Below, one piece after another: positions 42,545 to 59,382 of a stretch of DNA of 64,000 nt. The stretch comes from Octopus vulgaris. Taxonomy: Eukaryota. Positions within the stretch are counted from its first letter, which is position 1; each line of letters begins with the position of its first letter. A program made the position numbers and the translations under genes. The stretch covers positions 121,892,001 to 121,956,000 of the forward strand of contig OX597814.1 in NCBI GenBank assembly GCA_951406725.2. Direction: 5' to 3'. A model generated the notes under the pieces. That model was given only the letters and a program-made list of their open reading frames with translations, had not been told where the DNA came from and made no database searches.

Positions 42545-42750
42545 TAAGGCGGCCAGGTGATGGAATCGCTAGAAATTCGGACAAAATGCTTAACAGCATT
42601 CTCCTCACTTTTGACGATCTAGGATCAAACTTCCGCCGATATCGTCTTTGGCTTTCATCCATTTTGAGGATGAGTTGAAAACTGAAATGAATGTAATCGA
42701 TTTACCTACAGCCCTGAAATTGCTGGACGTGTGCCAAAATATAAGAGCAT
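42356..42750 (+). mobile_element. Two family B SINE copies separated by (TTA)n
   Basis: Cores at ~42356-42510 and ~42547-42750, each followed by (TTA)n. Confidence 0.75.
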
Positions 42751-42751
42751 C

Positions 42752-43470
<719 letters not shown>

Positions 43471-43618
43471 TAATAGAACGTAAATAACTGCAACAACAAC
43501 AAAAGCAGTAATGATGATGGTGACGATGATGATGATGATGATGACGACGGCGACGCCAACGACGATGATGATGAACATTGCGCACATTCAGGAAACAGCA
43601 TTATTATCATTATTATTA

Positions 43619-43701
<83 letters not shown>

Positions 43702-44951
43702 TTATTATTGCTGGTGCTGTTCTATGTGACATATTCAGCTTGTTGCTGGAGGTGTCATAAATGTACCAGCTGTTCACTTGCAGTGAATTAAGGTGGCATT
43801 TTCTTTTCATCTTTCCAGATCTTTGCAGAGATTCCTTGCACTGCCAAGTGATGCTGTTTTCTGAATGTGCGCCATCTCCATCATCATCGTCGTCGTCGTC
43901 GTCATCATCATCATCATCATCATCCTCATCATCATCACCATCATCATTACTGTTTATGTTGTTGTTGCAGTTATTTACGTTCTACTTTTTACTAGAGCAC
44001 TCTATGAGTTTAGGAAACATATTAAATGTTAATAATCAACAGTTTAATGCACTTTTATTCAGTTTGTTTTACACTTTCTTATTCTGTGTTTTTTTGTTCC
44101 TATGATAAAAATAAATCAATGCAGCGTGCCATGAAAATACTGAGATATTATTGATAGTTATTCAATAGAGGTCAGACTATGTAGAAAAACCTCTACCATT
44201 CCTGGTTCCAATATATTTTCGCCCAATATTTCTTTGATTGCTGGATTAAACTAACACGCTGACATTCCTAATATTAACGTTCCATTAGTAGCATCAAACA
44301 ATATCCAGGGAACAACGATATAATCTGTTCCAGTAGCAGTAGTTGTACTAGTAGCAGTTGTAGTACTGGTAGTAGTAGTAGTGGTGGCGGTGCTGGTGGT
44401 TGTTGTCGTCATCGTCATATTAGTGATAACGTTGGAAATATTTCTATTTTGTGGTATTTCTCTGTTTCTGTTTTGTACCATATCAGCTTTAATCAAACAA
44501 ATTTGCATCAAAGATGTTCCAATCGTGATCATTGCAATGGTTTTTCGTTTCAGGAATAACTTATCTGGGATAGTAATAACTAACACGCTTTTGCATGCAT
44601 TTTTAATGCTGTGAGGTGGCATTTATGTGAGTTACATAATTTCTAATCGGTCTAGAAGAACCTTCGTTGACTCTTGTACTTCCCTACTTTACGTAACATT
44701 ATGCTTGGAATATATATTCATTCATGTGGAAAGGAACTTATTTCTGATAGCAGACACTGGTTTATCACACATGGTGTCTAAAGAAACACACAAGGCAAAA
44801 ACTTCAAGCTGATATTCATTTAATACAGACGGTAGTATTACTGCGAATACCAGTAAGCCTTGATCTCGCTATGTATATTGTTTACAGTTCGGTAGACTGG
44901 GCATTTAAGAATTAAGATGCTCTGAATCAATGACTCTTGTATTTGGTATAC

Positions 44952-45370
44952 TTTCTTTCTCTTTTACTTGTTTCAGTCTTGTGACTGTGGCCATGCTGGA
45001 GCACCGCCTTTAGTCGAGCATATCGACACCAGGAATTATTCCTTGTAAGCCTAGTACTTATTCTATCGGTCTCTTTTGCCGAACCGCTAAGTGACGGGGA
45101 CGTAAACACACCAGCATCGGTTGTCAAGCGATGTTGGGGAGGGGGACAGACATAGACACACAAACATATACACGCACATACATACATATATATATATACA
45201 TATGTACGACGGGCTTCTTTCAGTTTCCGTCTACCAAATCCAATCAAAAGTCTTTGGTCGGCCCGAGGCTATAGTAGAAGACACTTGCCCAAGGTTCCAC
45301 GCAGTGGGACTGAACCCGGAACCATGTGGTTGGTAAGCAAGCTACTTACCACACAGCCACTCCTACGCCT
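44952..45370 (-). mobile_element. SINE family A, full-length
   Basis: Minus strand begins GGCGTAGGAGTGGCTGTGTGGTAAG...GGGTTCAGTCCCACTGCGTGGAACCTTGGGCAAGTGTCTT. Confidence 0.95.
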
Positions 45371-46582
45371 ATATAGTTAATAACCTATCGTTTTGCCCAG
45401 CACCAGCTCTCGTTCGTTTCACTAAATTTATACATAAAACTTTTTACTTTGTTTCTTATATTATCAGTTCAGCAGTTCCATGAAGAAATATTATTTGTCT
45501 CATTTCTCTCCAGGGAGGATAATGTATCACAATGTCTTAATATATTGGAAAGTGAGTTCAATTCAACCACTATGAACGAACGTTCTCACAATTCGTAATA
45601 AAAACACGTCGACCAAATTATGTTCTGTCAATAGCACGTCTGACACGAAAAAGCCATAGAGTGCCATTATCACTCCATATATTTTTCCCAGACCAGCTTG
45701 ACACTTGAATCTCATGAAGTGAGTGGACTGACCAATGTAAATTTTAAGAAATAAAACCTGAAACTAAAGCAAAATATTTATTACAGTAATTGTGACCAGC
45801 CAGGAATTGTTCATAAAAGAATCTTTTAGTATGTATCGTTACATGTTATCCATGTTCTAGAATTACCATTTTTCAATACTAACGATGCTATCTTCGTTTT
45901 TCTCTCCGATTCTCCGTTAAGCGAACGTTCTGGCGTTCAGCCAGCCGCTTAAAACAAAATGCAGCAGGAGATGCTTTTACACCACATCACTTTCAGCTCG
46001 TCTTTGAACATCAAGTAGACAAGCGAAGTTATTTACATTTTCTTCTTTTTACCCTCTTTAGAATTATTCCAGTATTTAATGTAGCATACACTTTACTTGA
46101 TGAGTTACCTTTGTGCAGTAAAATGGACTAAATCGACTAAAAGTCACTTTATCTTGGTTCCAATGCTTGATCCTTTTGGTGTGAAAACAATGATCTTTAT
46201 TTTGGTCGATCAACCAAATTGTGCAACATGAAAAACCAAGCCAAAAACTGAAATGAAGTGTTCTTAACTATTCCATCTAATGCTTTTCTACTTTCACTTT
46301 CGCCGATGCTACTCCTATTGTAAGAAATAAATAGCTGTCTCTCAGGCATTGTTACAATCTGTTTAAAAGTATTTACAATGACAGAGAGAATATTTTATTC
46401 CCTACCCCGCCAAGAAAAGACAGAAAGAAGAAAAGAAAAATGAACTGACATTTGGACGCTAAAAATTTCCAAAGTTCCATGTATGTTATAAATATATTAT
46501 AATGCAATTTAATTTCGCCAGTCTAATTTTGATAAGATTTCCTCTCCTTGTACTTTTTACTTCTTTATCCCATCATCAACAT

Positions 46583-46737
46583 TCTTCTTCTTCTTCTTCT
46601 TCTTCTTCTTCTTCTTCTTCTTCTTCTTCTTCTTCTTCTTCTTCTTCTTCTTCTTCTTCTTCTTCTTCTTCTTCTTCTTCTTCTTCTTCTTCTTCTTCTT
46701 CTTCTTCTTCTTCTTCTTCTTCTTCTTCTTCTTCTAA

Positions 46738-46802
<65 letters not shown>
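46583..46802. repeat. (TTC)n(TTA)n microsatellite
   Basis: Read directly. Confidence 0.98.
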
Positions 46803-47250
46803 GAGTGAGAGAGCAGTTCATGCCATCAAAGTGACACTGGGGTAAAATATACGAAGCCCAATATACCCATCATGACTACCCGTCTGATAAAGGTACACCA
46901 GGCACATGCATCACAACCATATGTGCGCGACATGGTGATCTCATATCAAGATAAACAGCACATGACCTTGCAGGTGGGGCCCAGTTAGAATTTTCTTCAG
47001 GTTGAGTAGCCCATCCCGCTCAAACGGTCCCTGAATAAGGGTTGCTTAAGGATGTTGAAAGAACCACCCATGTTTCCAGAGGTGAACTATTCAAACCCCA
47101 AAGAATCCCTCTCAACACATGGCTATGATGCTCCCCCACTACTTCTGCTCGTGATCAGAGATGCACATATCGTCAGCCACTAAGGGACATGCTCAACTGG
47201 TTAAGGTCAAACAACTGACAAGCAAATCTGTGGTATTGAGCAGAATATTA
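46803..47250 (-). mobile_element. Family D element flanked on both sides by (TTA)n
   Basis: Reference copy of the family; sharp junctions with the microsatellite. Confidence 0.92.
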
Positions 47251-47268
47251 TTATTATTATTATTATTA

Positions 47269-47332
<64 letters not shown>

Positions 47333-48135
47333 GCTATTACATGCAGCTTTAGATAACAAGGACGTTGACTTGAGGCTGGGTAACAACAAGTCTCTCCATA
47401 TGTTAAGAATCATTCTAAGCATTATTGCAGAATACAAAATAGCACTTCAATGCAGGTCCGCAATGCGAATTATAAATTCCAGTATCATTCAGCAGTTTAG
47501 GCAATAGTTTGGTTGTTATGTCACGTGAAACAACAAACAACTTTGTCTGAAAAACAATAAACACCTTTGTCTCCTACATTCACTTCAACTCTCTAATTAG
47601 GTCTCGATATTTTTCAATTCTGTGTTAACCAAACTATTATCACATCGTATTGAAATGTAAATAATCTTACATACTTCTCTACAATCATATCTATTCTTGC
47701 TTCACTACAATCATATCTAGTCTTCTAGCTTCAATACTATGTTCAGACTCTTAGAGGAGAAATCTCATAAAATCATCAGAGCCGCTAGCTCGTGTTTATA
47801 ACACTTTTGCCTCACTTTGAACCCGCACATTCGGCTAATATCTTAAAGCACTCACGATGCCAGGGATTATACTCTTGTTGCGCTAACTTACTGTATTCAC
47901 TTATGAAATGTGTAACATTTACCACCGCTTTTCCAAAGATTGTGCCTTTCTCTGATTTATCTCTCTTTGTCATTATGAAATTTGCTCTGATGGATTGTAC
48001 CTGAGCGCGGGTATAATTAATGTATTGGTTTCTGTATCATTATTATTATTGTTATTATTGTTATTATTGTTATTATTGTTATTATTATTATTATTATTAT
48101 TGTTATTATTGTTATTATTATTATTATTATTATTA

Positions 48136-48200
<65 letters not shown>

Positions 48201-49369
48201 GTCAATAATAACTATGATTATAGTTATTATTGAACTAGTGAGGATCGTATTGCCAACATCGTTTGAACATCGAACAAAATGGGGATTCTTGTATTGAACT
48301 TGTACACGCCGATGTCAACTTCAAATTTTATCGTTTCAGTTTTGATAAAATTAAGTAACATCAGGTACTGGATTCGATAGTATTGATTACTCATCTCCTC
48401 TAAACTTCAAGCTTGTGCCTATCCCAGAAAAATCAGCAGCAGTACCACCGCCATATTCAATATTTTCAGCAGTTTTGTGCGCCATTTCTGCTGCTGCCCT
48501 ACATGTTACTTCGTTCTCGAGAGATGTTTGCAGCGTATTGCGTGAGATGATAGGGAATTGAAAGTGTCTTGCTTAAGATAAGCCTTGTAAACATGACAAC
48601 CCAAGAATTTGTCTTGTTTTTTACTGTTTATTTTTTTATTATACCCAGTACTCCAATCATTATTGACAGATTTTACTTTATTTGTAATTTCATTGCCCAA
48701 GTTATAGAAATTCTCATCTCAAGACACTCGTAATTTGACAATTTCTAGACAATCTTAAGAACGATGTTTTGGTCTTGAGAGATCAAGGTGTGTATCAGAG
48801 ATCAGACATTTCCCCCCTGACTATCATAATTACGTTTTAGCGACTTTACTAAATGTTCGGCCTTTGACTTCACTTCTGATTCATCCCTCACCCTATCTGT
48901 TGTCTAGCTCTCTATTTTCACCACAGTTTTTGGTTTAATTCAGATGTATTGATGTTTATATTAAACAAGACTGACATAACTCTCGATATACATAAACAAC
49001 AAACGCACGCACATATCACCACTTACATATATTAGTATGAAAAGAAAAAAAAAACAACGACCACATATTGCTGTGTATATAATGAATAGTGACGCATATA
49101 TATTGCTGCGTTTATATACAACAACACTGACATACCACTGGGTATAAATTAAACAACAGCATACATGATGCTTGGAAGATATGATGAAAGAAAATATGAA
49201 AAAATCTTTCATAAATCTTTAAGTAAAATGTTGGCAAACTGCCATATACATTGGTGTTTTATGATGTGCCATAAATCTACTTTTGCACTGCTAGTCTTTC
49301 CTCAATACAGTATTTCAATGTCTGTTTTCCTGTTTTCGTTATCATACGCTCTCGATATTTTACTTCACG

Positions 49370-49451
<82 letters not shown>

Positions 49452-49474
49452 AAAGTATCTATATATATATAATA

Positions 49475-49523
<49 letters not shown>

Positions 49524-49642
49524 ATATATACAAATATATGTATGCATACACATAAATACATGCATATATACATTTATATCATTACTTATACTTACATATA
49601 TATATATAAATATACATATACATACATATATATATATATGTA

Positions 49643-49684
<42 letters not shown>

Positions 49685-50477
49685 CACATAGACGTATATA
49701 TATGCATAATTATATATATTTAGACATATGCATATGTAAACATTTATCTATGTATGAGCGTGTGCGTGTATGTGTATGTGTGAATATGTGTGTCTATTAA
49801 CATATTAACTAGTTTCAGTCTGTACGCTGTGACCATGCTGGGAATAATCATAATATATACATATATACGCATACTTATATACAACGCTGTATCCTCCACG
49901 TTTGAGGGTGTCACGCTATAGGAGTGTGGTAAGAGAAAGGAGTGTTTGTGATGAGATGTTGAAGTGAGAAAAAGTATTCAGTGGAAAGAGAATAATGCAG
50001 ATGGAGAGCAAAGGGAGAAGTAATGGTGTTTGTATGTGAGTAGGTTGAGAATGATGGAGGAGAGCAAGGTATATCAGGACGTAAGAATAAGGATATTAGG
50101 AGAAGACTTCTCAAATATACAGCAGTTAAGAGGGAGTCAAATACAGGAAGAATAATTAGGCACGGCGAAACTGCAGAAATGCAGTAATGCAGAAAAAAGG
50201 CAAGATCCCAAGAAGAGATCGACGCCCGAAATCATCTTTAGAGAATAATTGTTACAGGAGAAAAAGGGACACAAAGACAAATAGAAGGAACGTTCGAGAT
50301 TAAGAGATGTATGTCTAGAAGAATACAAAACAAAACACCAAAAGAGGCGGATTTGTTGGGAATTACTCTAAGGAGGCAGTTGCAACCCCAGTGATTGTTT
50401 ACATGCACTACGGTATGTAGTTCACGTGCATGTGTATGTGTGAGTCAGTGTGTCACATTGTATATATATATATATAT

Positions 50478-51501
50478 ATATTAAGTTGGAAGGGAAATTT
50501 GTAAGATGTTATTTGCCTTTTAAAATATTCTACCCTTCTTTATCAACGAGTAGTTGACTCAAAACCATAATGACCCTAAGCCTAATATTTATGGGAGATA
50601 CGACAGAAGATGAGGAAAAGATTCGACTGAGAGCTTGTCGTCGATAATTACATACAATTCCAAGTTTGTCTGTTCTCCAGAGGTACATGCTATATCTTTG
50701 AATTGTATGTTTCTGTGTTTGTGTGTGTGCGGGCGCATGTGTGAGTCCGAGTGTACCTTATACACAAGTGGCAATTTATGTCTGTTAGTCTCTCTGTTAC
50801 CATTTTGCTGCCTAAACCTGTGAACCAATCTTGACGAAACTTTGCATACCTGTTAAACTAACATCGAGTGCAATTATTGAAATTATTGAATTTCAATAAA
50901 AATCTATAATGGGCTCTCTAGCGGGGGTTGACTAGTATTTGATAAAATGAGAAGAGTGCAAAATGTGTTAGTCTGAGGGAAATGTGGTGTCATAGTGAGT
51001 GTGGTTGATATCATGGAAGGGAAGAAAGGTGTTGTGTAAGCGGATGGTGACGTTAATACGCTTGTCATTCACGGTTATACACGAGACACTGCACACATAC
51101 TTTCGTAAATACATAGATACATGCATAAATACACATACGCACATACTCTACACAAACACACATGTACATACACATAGCAATGTGTGACATTGTGTGTGTA
51201 TATTAAGCAGGAAGGGAAATTTGTAAGATGCTATTTGCTTTTTAAAATATTCTACTCTTCTTTATCACCAAGTAGATTTAACTTCTAAAACGCCAAGGAA
51301 GGGCGGAAAATGTGAGTGTGAGGGATACGTAGCTTCAAGGAAGGAGTGGGTAGGTGGCTTTCTCACTGTCTATCGGACAAAAACACTCACACACAAACAC
51401 AAGCGTACATAATACATATATATATATACATACGTATGTCTACTATATACCATTTAAAACTCGTGTTTACCAGTGTGTACGTTCGTAAATGTGTGCGCGT
51501 T

Positions 51502-51541
<40 letters not shown>

Positions 51542-52128
51542 TTCTGTGTGTGTTTGTGTATGTGTGTGTGTCACATCCTATAACTGTCTGTCTCTCTACT
51601 ATTGTAGGGTCTTCCTTGTTGCTGTCAGTTATTGTGAAATTCTGAAATTACGTCGAAATTTTCAAATTTGGTATATTGAAATAATTTTCACACTAAATCC
51701 GATTTTGTTACTTATTTGATCCAGAAAAATTGCAGAAAAATGTTACTCAATTTTAAAGATTAATCAATTTTACCTAATCAGAAAAGAGGATTTGGAAACT
51801 GATACTTTCTGCATGTCTATCTATCACAAAATGAAAGCAAAATCATTACGAGGAGAAATATTTATTAAACAAAAGAAAGCAAAGCTTTACGACGACCACA
51901 GTTTGTAAAAACTTCTGAAGTTTTAATAAGTTTTAGTGAATAAAGTCGAACAGACATGTGAATAATTTAAAACGAAAAAAATCCTCAACAAAGTTTTTTG
52001 CAAAAAAATGACAAAAATTGATTTCGTAAATCTGACGAAAAAGGCAAGGTATGACATGGAATAAGCACAAATTTATATCAGATATTCTATTGTAAAAATT
52101 GCCCAGCAACGACAAGCTATTCAGCTAG
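50478..52128 (+). mobile_element. Degenerate non-autonomous Helitron-like region
   Basis: CTAAACCTGTGAACCAATCTTGACGAAACTTTGCATAC motif (~50812-50850) typical of Helitron non-autonomous bodies; ~85-bp direct repeat at 50478 and 51200; decayed hairpin GCCCAGCAACGACAAGC then CTAG-T at 52125-52129. Boundaries uncertain. Confidence 0.55.
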
Positions 52129-52209
52129 TACTAATATAAAGGCAGAGATAGACAGATTCGCAGACATACTCTCTCTCTCTCTCACACACGCCCATATATA
52201 TATATGTAT

Positions 52210-52271
<62 letters not shown>

Positions 52272-52274
52272 CTA

Positions 52275-52330
<56 letters not shown>

Positions 52331-52900
52331 CATATCTAGTTCATTTGCAACAATAAGCTTCTAACGTATAATATACACCTTTCAGTATCTCACACGGTTA
52401 CATAAATGCACATTGAAACAAACACACATACACACACACACTCATACACACACACACACACACACACATACACTCACACACATACATACACTCACACACA
52501 CATAACACACCCTGTATTGGCTTCTTGCCTGCTGTGGACCCGATGACCCGTAAAGTTGAGAAGTTGGCTAGAGCTAATGTAGTTAATGGTTCGTTTAAAG
52601 TGTTGAAAGTTGAATTAATCGGAGATGAGGGAAACTGGAGAAATTTCCTTTTCTTTGAAAGAATGGATTTTCCTTGGTGGAACAATATGTGTGCGTGCGT
52701 CTGTGCATGCGTGTGTGTGTGTGCATTTGTGTGTGTGGAGGTTGGGGGTTGCGTGTGTATCTGTATGTATGAGTAACTTGGAAAAGGGAAAAATAGAAGT
52801 AGGAAGAAGTGTTAAGTGAATTTGGTAGAAAGCCAGAAGGTTTATTGGAACAAGGATCTGACGGTAGATTGTGGAATGAAAAATGTGTAAAAATGTATGT

Positions 52901-52984
<84 letters not shown>

Positions 52985-53171
52985 TGTGTGTGTGTGTGCA
53001 TGTGTCAAGAAGGACGAGGACATATGGAGTGCTGTGTATGTGTGTAAGATCTGAACGAAGAAATGACCAATTGCATGTTCTCATGTGCATTGTTCATTTA
53101 TCTATTCTCGCCCACGTCAGCAACGAAGAGGTTTATCCTTATCACTGTATGTAGAACTACTTGTTTATATG

Positions 53172-53216
<45 letters not shown>

Positions 53217-54107
53217 TTGTGTGTGCGCATATGCGTGGATTTCTTTGTATACGTTTGCGTACGTGCGCTTTGTGAGCTGTCTATGTAAATAGAATGTGTA
53301 CATTTGACCTGTCTATGTATGTGTTTCCGTGTCTAAGAGAAAGAGAAAAACAAAAACAAAAAAAGAACCTAAAAGTGTATGCCTATGTGTGAATGTTTGT
53401 ATGTGTGTACGCGTGTTACGTATTCATATATATATATATATATATACGCACGTATTTCGTATGTAAAGACGAAAATAGATTATGTGAAAACTACGAATGA
53501 AGCAACAATGACCATTTTCAATTTATTCAACAAACATCTGACCCCAGCTCTGTTCTAGCTTCCATTAAAAGTTTCAAGATAGAGACAAACAGAACATGGA
53601 AATTTCTAAGTATAGATAGAATAAAGTTTCGCATAAAATACTTTTGTTCTATTTTCATCTTTATTTTTCCTTTCATTTATTATAAAATAAAGACATACAT
53701 CAGTTATAGTTTGCAATATTTTACCAATATTCCGAATAGATGATAATCTATCGAAACACATCACTTATTTCTGACAGATTTTGCAACATCGTCTTATAAA
53801 GCTGAATATCTGATACAAGCTAACACCTCTATCTTGTCAATGCCTCAAAATATATATTTCTAGTTTTTTTTTTCTTTTTTAGCATTAGAAGCACGCGCTA
53901 TGTTTACATATCAGATGGGTTTTTTAAATTTTTGTTTGTTTTTTTTTTGGGTTTTTTTTTGCTTATTTTGATTAAGTTGGTTTGGGTTGTGTTGTGTTGG
54001 GTAAGAGAAGAATAGAAGGTGGTGGGTAACCAGAGTTAAAGGAACGTTATCTGCTATCTTTCAGAATAATTTTTTCTTTCTCCTCATAAACTTATGTTAT
54101 GCGGTAA

Positions 54108-54139
<32 letters not shown>

Positions 54140-54512
54140 ACAACAGCAACAAATGTAACAAAAACAACAACAACAAAATGTGCATTAATATCGATAAAAA
54201 CTGCAAGAACAGCAACTAAGAATCGAGAAATTCAACATTAATAACAACGGGAAAATACAAACAATGGAAAACAACAACAAAAATAGCAATTAAAAGTGAC
54301 AAGAGCTATTGTAAACAGCAACAACGAAAATGACTTAAGCATCGGCAACAACAAAAACAACAACAACAATACCAACAACAACGTTTCTGAGTTACTAAAA
54401 TATGTAGATACCAACAAACTTTAAATTATGTATTTACAAACACTGTTGTCGGACGAGATAAGAATATATAATGCCAAAGAAGAAGACGATGACAACGATG
54501 ATGATGTTGATG

Positions 54513-54554
<42 letters not shown>

Positions 54555-54561
54555 ATTATGG

Positions 54562-54915
54562 TCTTTTACTCTTTTACTTGTTTCAGTCATTTGATTGTGG
54601 CCATGCTGGACCACCACCTTTAGTCGAGCAAATCGACAACCCGGACTTATTCTTTGAAAGCCTAAAGCTTAGTCTATCGGTCTCTTTTGCCGAACCGCTA
54701 GTTACGGGCACGTAAACACACCACCATCGGTTGTCAAGCGATGTTGGAGGGACATACACAAACACACAAACATATACACACATACATATATACATATATA
54801 TACATATATACGACGAGCTTCGTTTCTGTCTACCAAATTCACTCACAAGGCTTTGGTCGCCCCGAGGCTATAGTAGAAGACACTTGCCCAACGTGCCACG
54901 CAATGGGACCGAAGG
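54562..54915 (-). mobile_element. SINE family A, head truncated
   Basis: Matches 44952-45310. Confidence 0.9.
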
Positions 54916-54990
54916 GGATTTAGCTACTATTTCTAACTGGTGTCCATCTTTTGCTTGAAATGCCTCTTCCTATTGCTGCTGCTGCTGCTG

Positions 54991-55048
<58 letters not shown>

Positions 55049-55617
55049 TGCTGCTGCTGCTGCTGCTCTGCTGCTGTTATTGTTGTTTTTGTTGTTGCTA
55101 TTGTTGTTTAGACCCAAGGAGATGAGAGACAATATAAATTCTTAAGGGATATATATATATAAAACGATCGTAATAAATACCAGTAATTAACTAGTCATTC
55201 CACTCAACTACATCTTATCTTTTGCAGACATTAGCCATGAGGTTAGTTAAACGATGTTAGCTATATGAAATATTTACATGCGTAAATCCTAAAATAAAAC
55301 TATATTTAATGGCAAGCAATACAATAAATGTTATACGATTTACAAGTAAGACATCTATCAAACATTTTGGTAGTTTTAATTACTCTTGAGAATTTGGTTT
55401 CAAAGCTACGATGTATTGGCTTAAAACTACATTAATAGAAAATACACCACTGCCATATTGGTTTGTAAATCTTAAAACGATAACGAAATTACAAGTAAGG
55501 TAAATGGAACAGTATTCCAATCGACGTACCAAAAAGAAAAGCACTTAATCCATTAATTTGTAAACTGTAACCGAAAATTCAAAGAGTTTTTACGTCTGGA
55601 TATGTATGTATGTGTGC

Positions 55618-55663
<46 letters not shown>

Positions 55664-55686
55664 GTGTAAGTATGTATATATGTATG

Positions 55687-55741
<55 letters not shown>

Positions 55742-57277
55742 ACATATATGCATATATTCATGTAAGTATGTATGTATTATGTGCACGTTTACATACATAT
55801 TGATTTGACGCGTCTTGTACAATAATGCTAACAACTCTCCACTGATACTGTGGAGGGAAGGAGCCAAACGTATGATTCATCTGTGTTACACATAGTCTGC
55901 CCCTCATATTTCCTGCTACATATGTCCGCATCTATACTCAACAACTCGCTATAACTGTGAACTTGGCGACTTCAGGTTAACTTGCCAAAGAATCTCAGAT
56001 TAGTACTGGACCTTATAAGTACAAAGTCTAGGTCTATTATGGCAGATACGTCCTGGAATTTGTCAACCACTGGTTGTAAGTCCCACAAGATAAAAGCTAC
56101 CAGGGTACTCAATGAGAAAGGAAAAATTTTTTAAAACCCAGAAAAGTGCAATATTTCGTTGTTAGCTTTAAAAGGATTTCTGACAAACTGGATTTTCTGT
56201 AGCCTCCAAAATCTGGGAAGAATTACAAGTCCCACTTCTGCTCTGTAATTAAGCGAAGATAGTTATGCCAGAAAAAAAAAGCAGACTGAAATCTCTACAA
56301 GTTTCATTGCGCTTGGGTCTTTTCCTTCTATGTAATATTTGGCATATTGACTGTACAAATGTCTCCAATCGATAACAGGAATGTGTGTGCATCTGTACCG
56401 ACTAGTGTTACCTGGCCAACAGCGGCTTGCATGAGGCACTGATTGAGAGTTACTCCCGACAGATACCTGTGCGACTGCGAAGCTCTATCTAGGGACCACA
56501 AACAAAACCATGTCTATCAAAACATTCTAAAACAGCGAATGAATCACTCAACGAGTCAGGTGAAAGATATATCTTTTTTCTGTAAAAATGCTATGCTAAG
56601 ATTTAGCTGATATTTCTAGCAGATCGAGTGACCACGTAAGGGTTATACATTTAGTTTAGTTCAAGTTAATAATGTAAAAATTGTTGTGGGGGCGAATAAA
56701 TAATTCAACTATATTTGTCACAAATATTTAGTATTCTATTTTCTAAAAATATTGTTCTTCTTCTGTCTTTGTTAATGTATTTATATGAAGAATAGAATTA
56801 TTTCAAATTACATTTCTCAAGGTATTTGTAGATTCGTGAATTATTCCTTTCATTTCTATATTATGCATTGATTGACAGAACCTACCATTTCCTCTTAACA
56901 TTCAGCTGAATGAGCTTTGTTCCAAGTAGGCCTTATATATTATTCACTAAGTATTTAAATGTAAAAATATTTGGTTTCAAGGTAGGAGAGAAAGAAAGAA
57001 TACTCATTTCGTAGAGTTTCAGTCTGTCTGTAGGTCTCTCCGTCTATCTATATCTCTATCTATCTCTGCATTATATATATATATGTGTGTGTGTGTGTGC
57101 GTGTGTATGTGTGTGTGTGTGTGTATGTGTATATGTGTCTATGTATGTATGTATGTATGTATGTATATATGTATGTATGTATGTATATATTGTAAGTCCA
57201 CCACATAAAGAAACATTAACGGGAGGACGCGGTACATGTAAGGTATTAGCAGATGCTCAGTGAAGGAAAGAAAAGTG

Positions 57278-57312
57278 GTTTTACGTTTCGAGCAAAGCTC
57301 TTCTTCAGAAAC
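57278..57312 (-). ncRNA. Minimal PLE-type hammerhead ribozyme in a ~180-bp insert (57190-57368)
   Basis: GUUU CUGAAGA A GAGC UUU GCUC GAAACGUA AAAC: intact core, 4-bp stems I and II, palindromic ACGU in place of stem III. Confidence 0.72.
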
Positions 57313-57367
57313 AGAGGAAAGTCCAATAGAAGACAGAAAAAAAAAGTCGCCAAGATTACACATGTGG

Positions 57368-57402
<35 letters not shown>

Positions 57403-57965
57403 CATATACATAAGATACGCACACACACACACACATACACACATGAAGTTGATGAGACTCGAGTTAATAATGATAATCGTCATTGTGTACTTAAGAAGAT
57501 GCAGAGCTAAAACTAATCAGAGAGAAGCTGTTGATCTGCAACCTTTGTATAACAATCACATACATATCTCTTCGCAGTTAAATGCAATGCTGGGTGGTCG
57601 CTATGTGTGAAAAGATTTGTACAATTGACGAAAAGTCTGATGAAAATGCGTAGTATATACACACGCCCACACAAATCCATATGCGTATGTACACTTGTGT
57701 AGATATATGTGTATGGGTTTGTATTCGTTTGTGTTGTATGTAATTCAATGGATTGCTTTCTACATACATCCCTACATAATAGAATAGATCATTTACTTGA
57801 TAGCAAGTTCTATATTGTATACATTCGCAGACTATGATATACATGGGGGCGTTATTTACATAAATGTATTTTTTGTGTAAGGGAATACATAAAAATACAT
57901 TTGGACACACGCACATAATACATACATACATACATACATATATATACATATATACATACATAAAC

Positions 57966-58013
<48 letters not shown>

Positions 58014-58325
58014 TTAGAGGCATTCATTATTGTATGTAAAGGATCCTCATGCATATATTACATATATAACATATATGCATATATAAAGAGAGAATTATTC
58101 ATTCATGTCTGTGTTTATGTATGCGTATTATGTATGTATATGTGTTTGAAAATGTATGTGTGTGCATGCAGAGATTAATGCGTAGATTAATGCAGATTAT
58201 TGATTTTTATCGTGGCTACTAATAGACTCTTGACATAAAATCATATAGATACACACATACACACACATATTCAAATATGCACACATACGCTCTCATATAT
58301 ACGTATATTGGTCCGTATGTAACTG

Positions 58326-58399
<74 letters not shown>

Positions 58400-59283
58400 C
58401 TCTCTCATTCATATGTATGCTTGTATATATATGCATTATGTGTATATATATACAGTGACAGAGAAATGAGAGACGGAGAAACAGAGAGAGGGGGAAAACA
58501 AGCCCATGACCAGGAAGCATTATGGAAATAGAACGAGAGCAATTTTTAGAAAAAGATGTAAACACGATAGAGAACGGGACAGAGAGGAAAAATCACACAT
58601 TCACACACATACCCATACATACGTACATATATATATATATACATATATACATATATGCCTATTTATGAATATATATATATATATATATATTCATACATCT
58701 ATATATATATATATCCTTTTGGAATTTCAATATTTCACTGATCAAAGCTCGACTGACAATAAGTCTAACGTGAGTTCCTCTCAGATGTTAAATTTTCTCA
58801 AGAAAACTGTGGACGAGAACAATGGAATCTGATTTTGGGGTTGCGTTTTTTGCCGTGTTCTTCTACTTATTGAAAGTGAATTCGTTGAAATTAAGGAACG
58901 CAAGGAACAGTGTTAGATCGTTTGATGTCTACTGGAAAATAGCGAAAACGATAATGGGGAATTTGAAACTAGCTGAAAAGCATTTCTCAAGCGACCTCTC
59001 TCTCTCTCTCTCTGTGCGCGTGTGTGTGTGTGCATGTGTTTGTAGTTATAGAAGTTATAATTCACGAAAATGATGAGGAGACGCATAAAAATAATAAATC
59101 ACGAGAAGTAAACAAGCAGAAAAATACACACACACACACACACACATATACATGTGTGTGTGTATTCATGTATGTTTGTGTGTGTATACATATATGTATA
59201 CATATAAATATATATATATATACATATATGTATACACACATATATATATATATACATACATATATATATATATATATATTCAG

Positions 59284-59381
<98 letters not shown>
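59284..59381. repeat. (AGAT)n microsatellite
   Basis: Read directly. Confidence 0.98.

Positions 59382-59382
<1 letters not shown>

Noticed and set aside
44251-44622. 123-aa Thr-rich ORF resembling a mucin-like exon
   Set aside because: The open frame is explained by a degenerate (ACT/ACC)n repeat; no domain similarity or convincing splice context.
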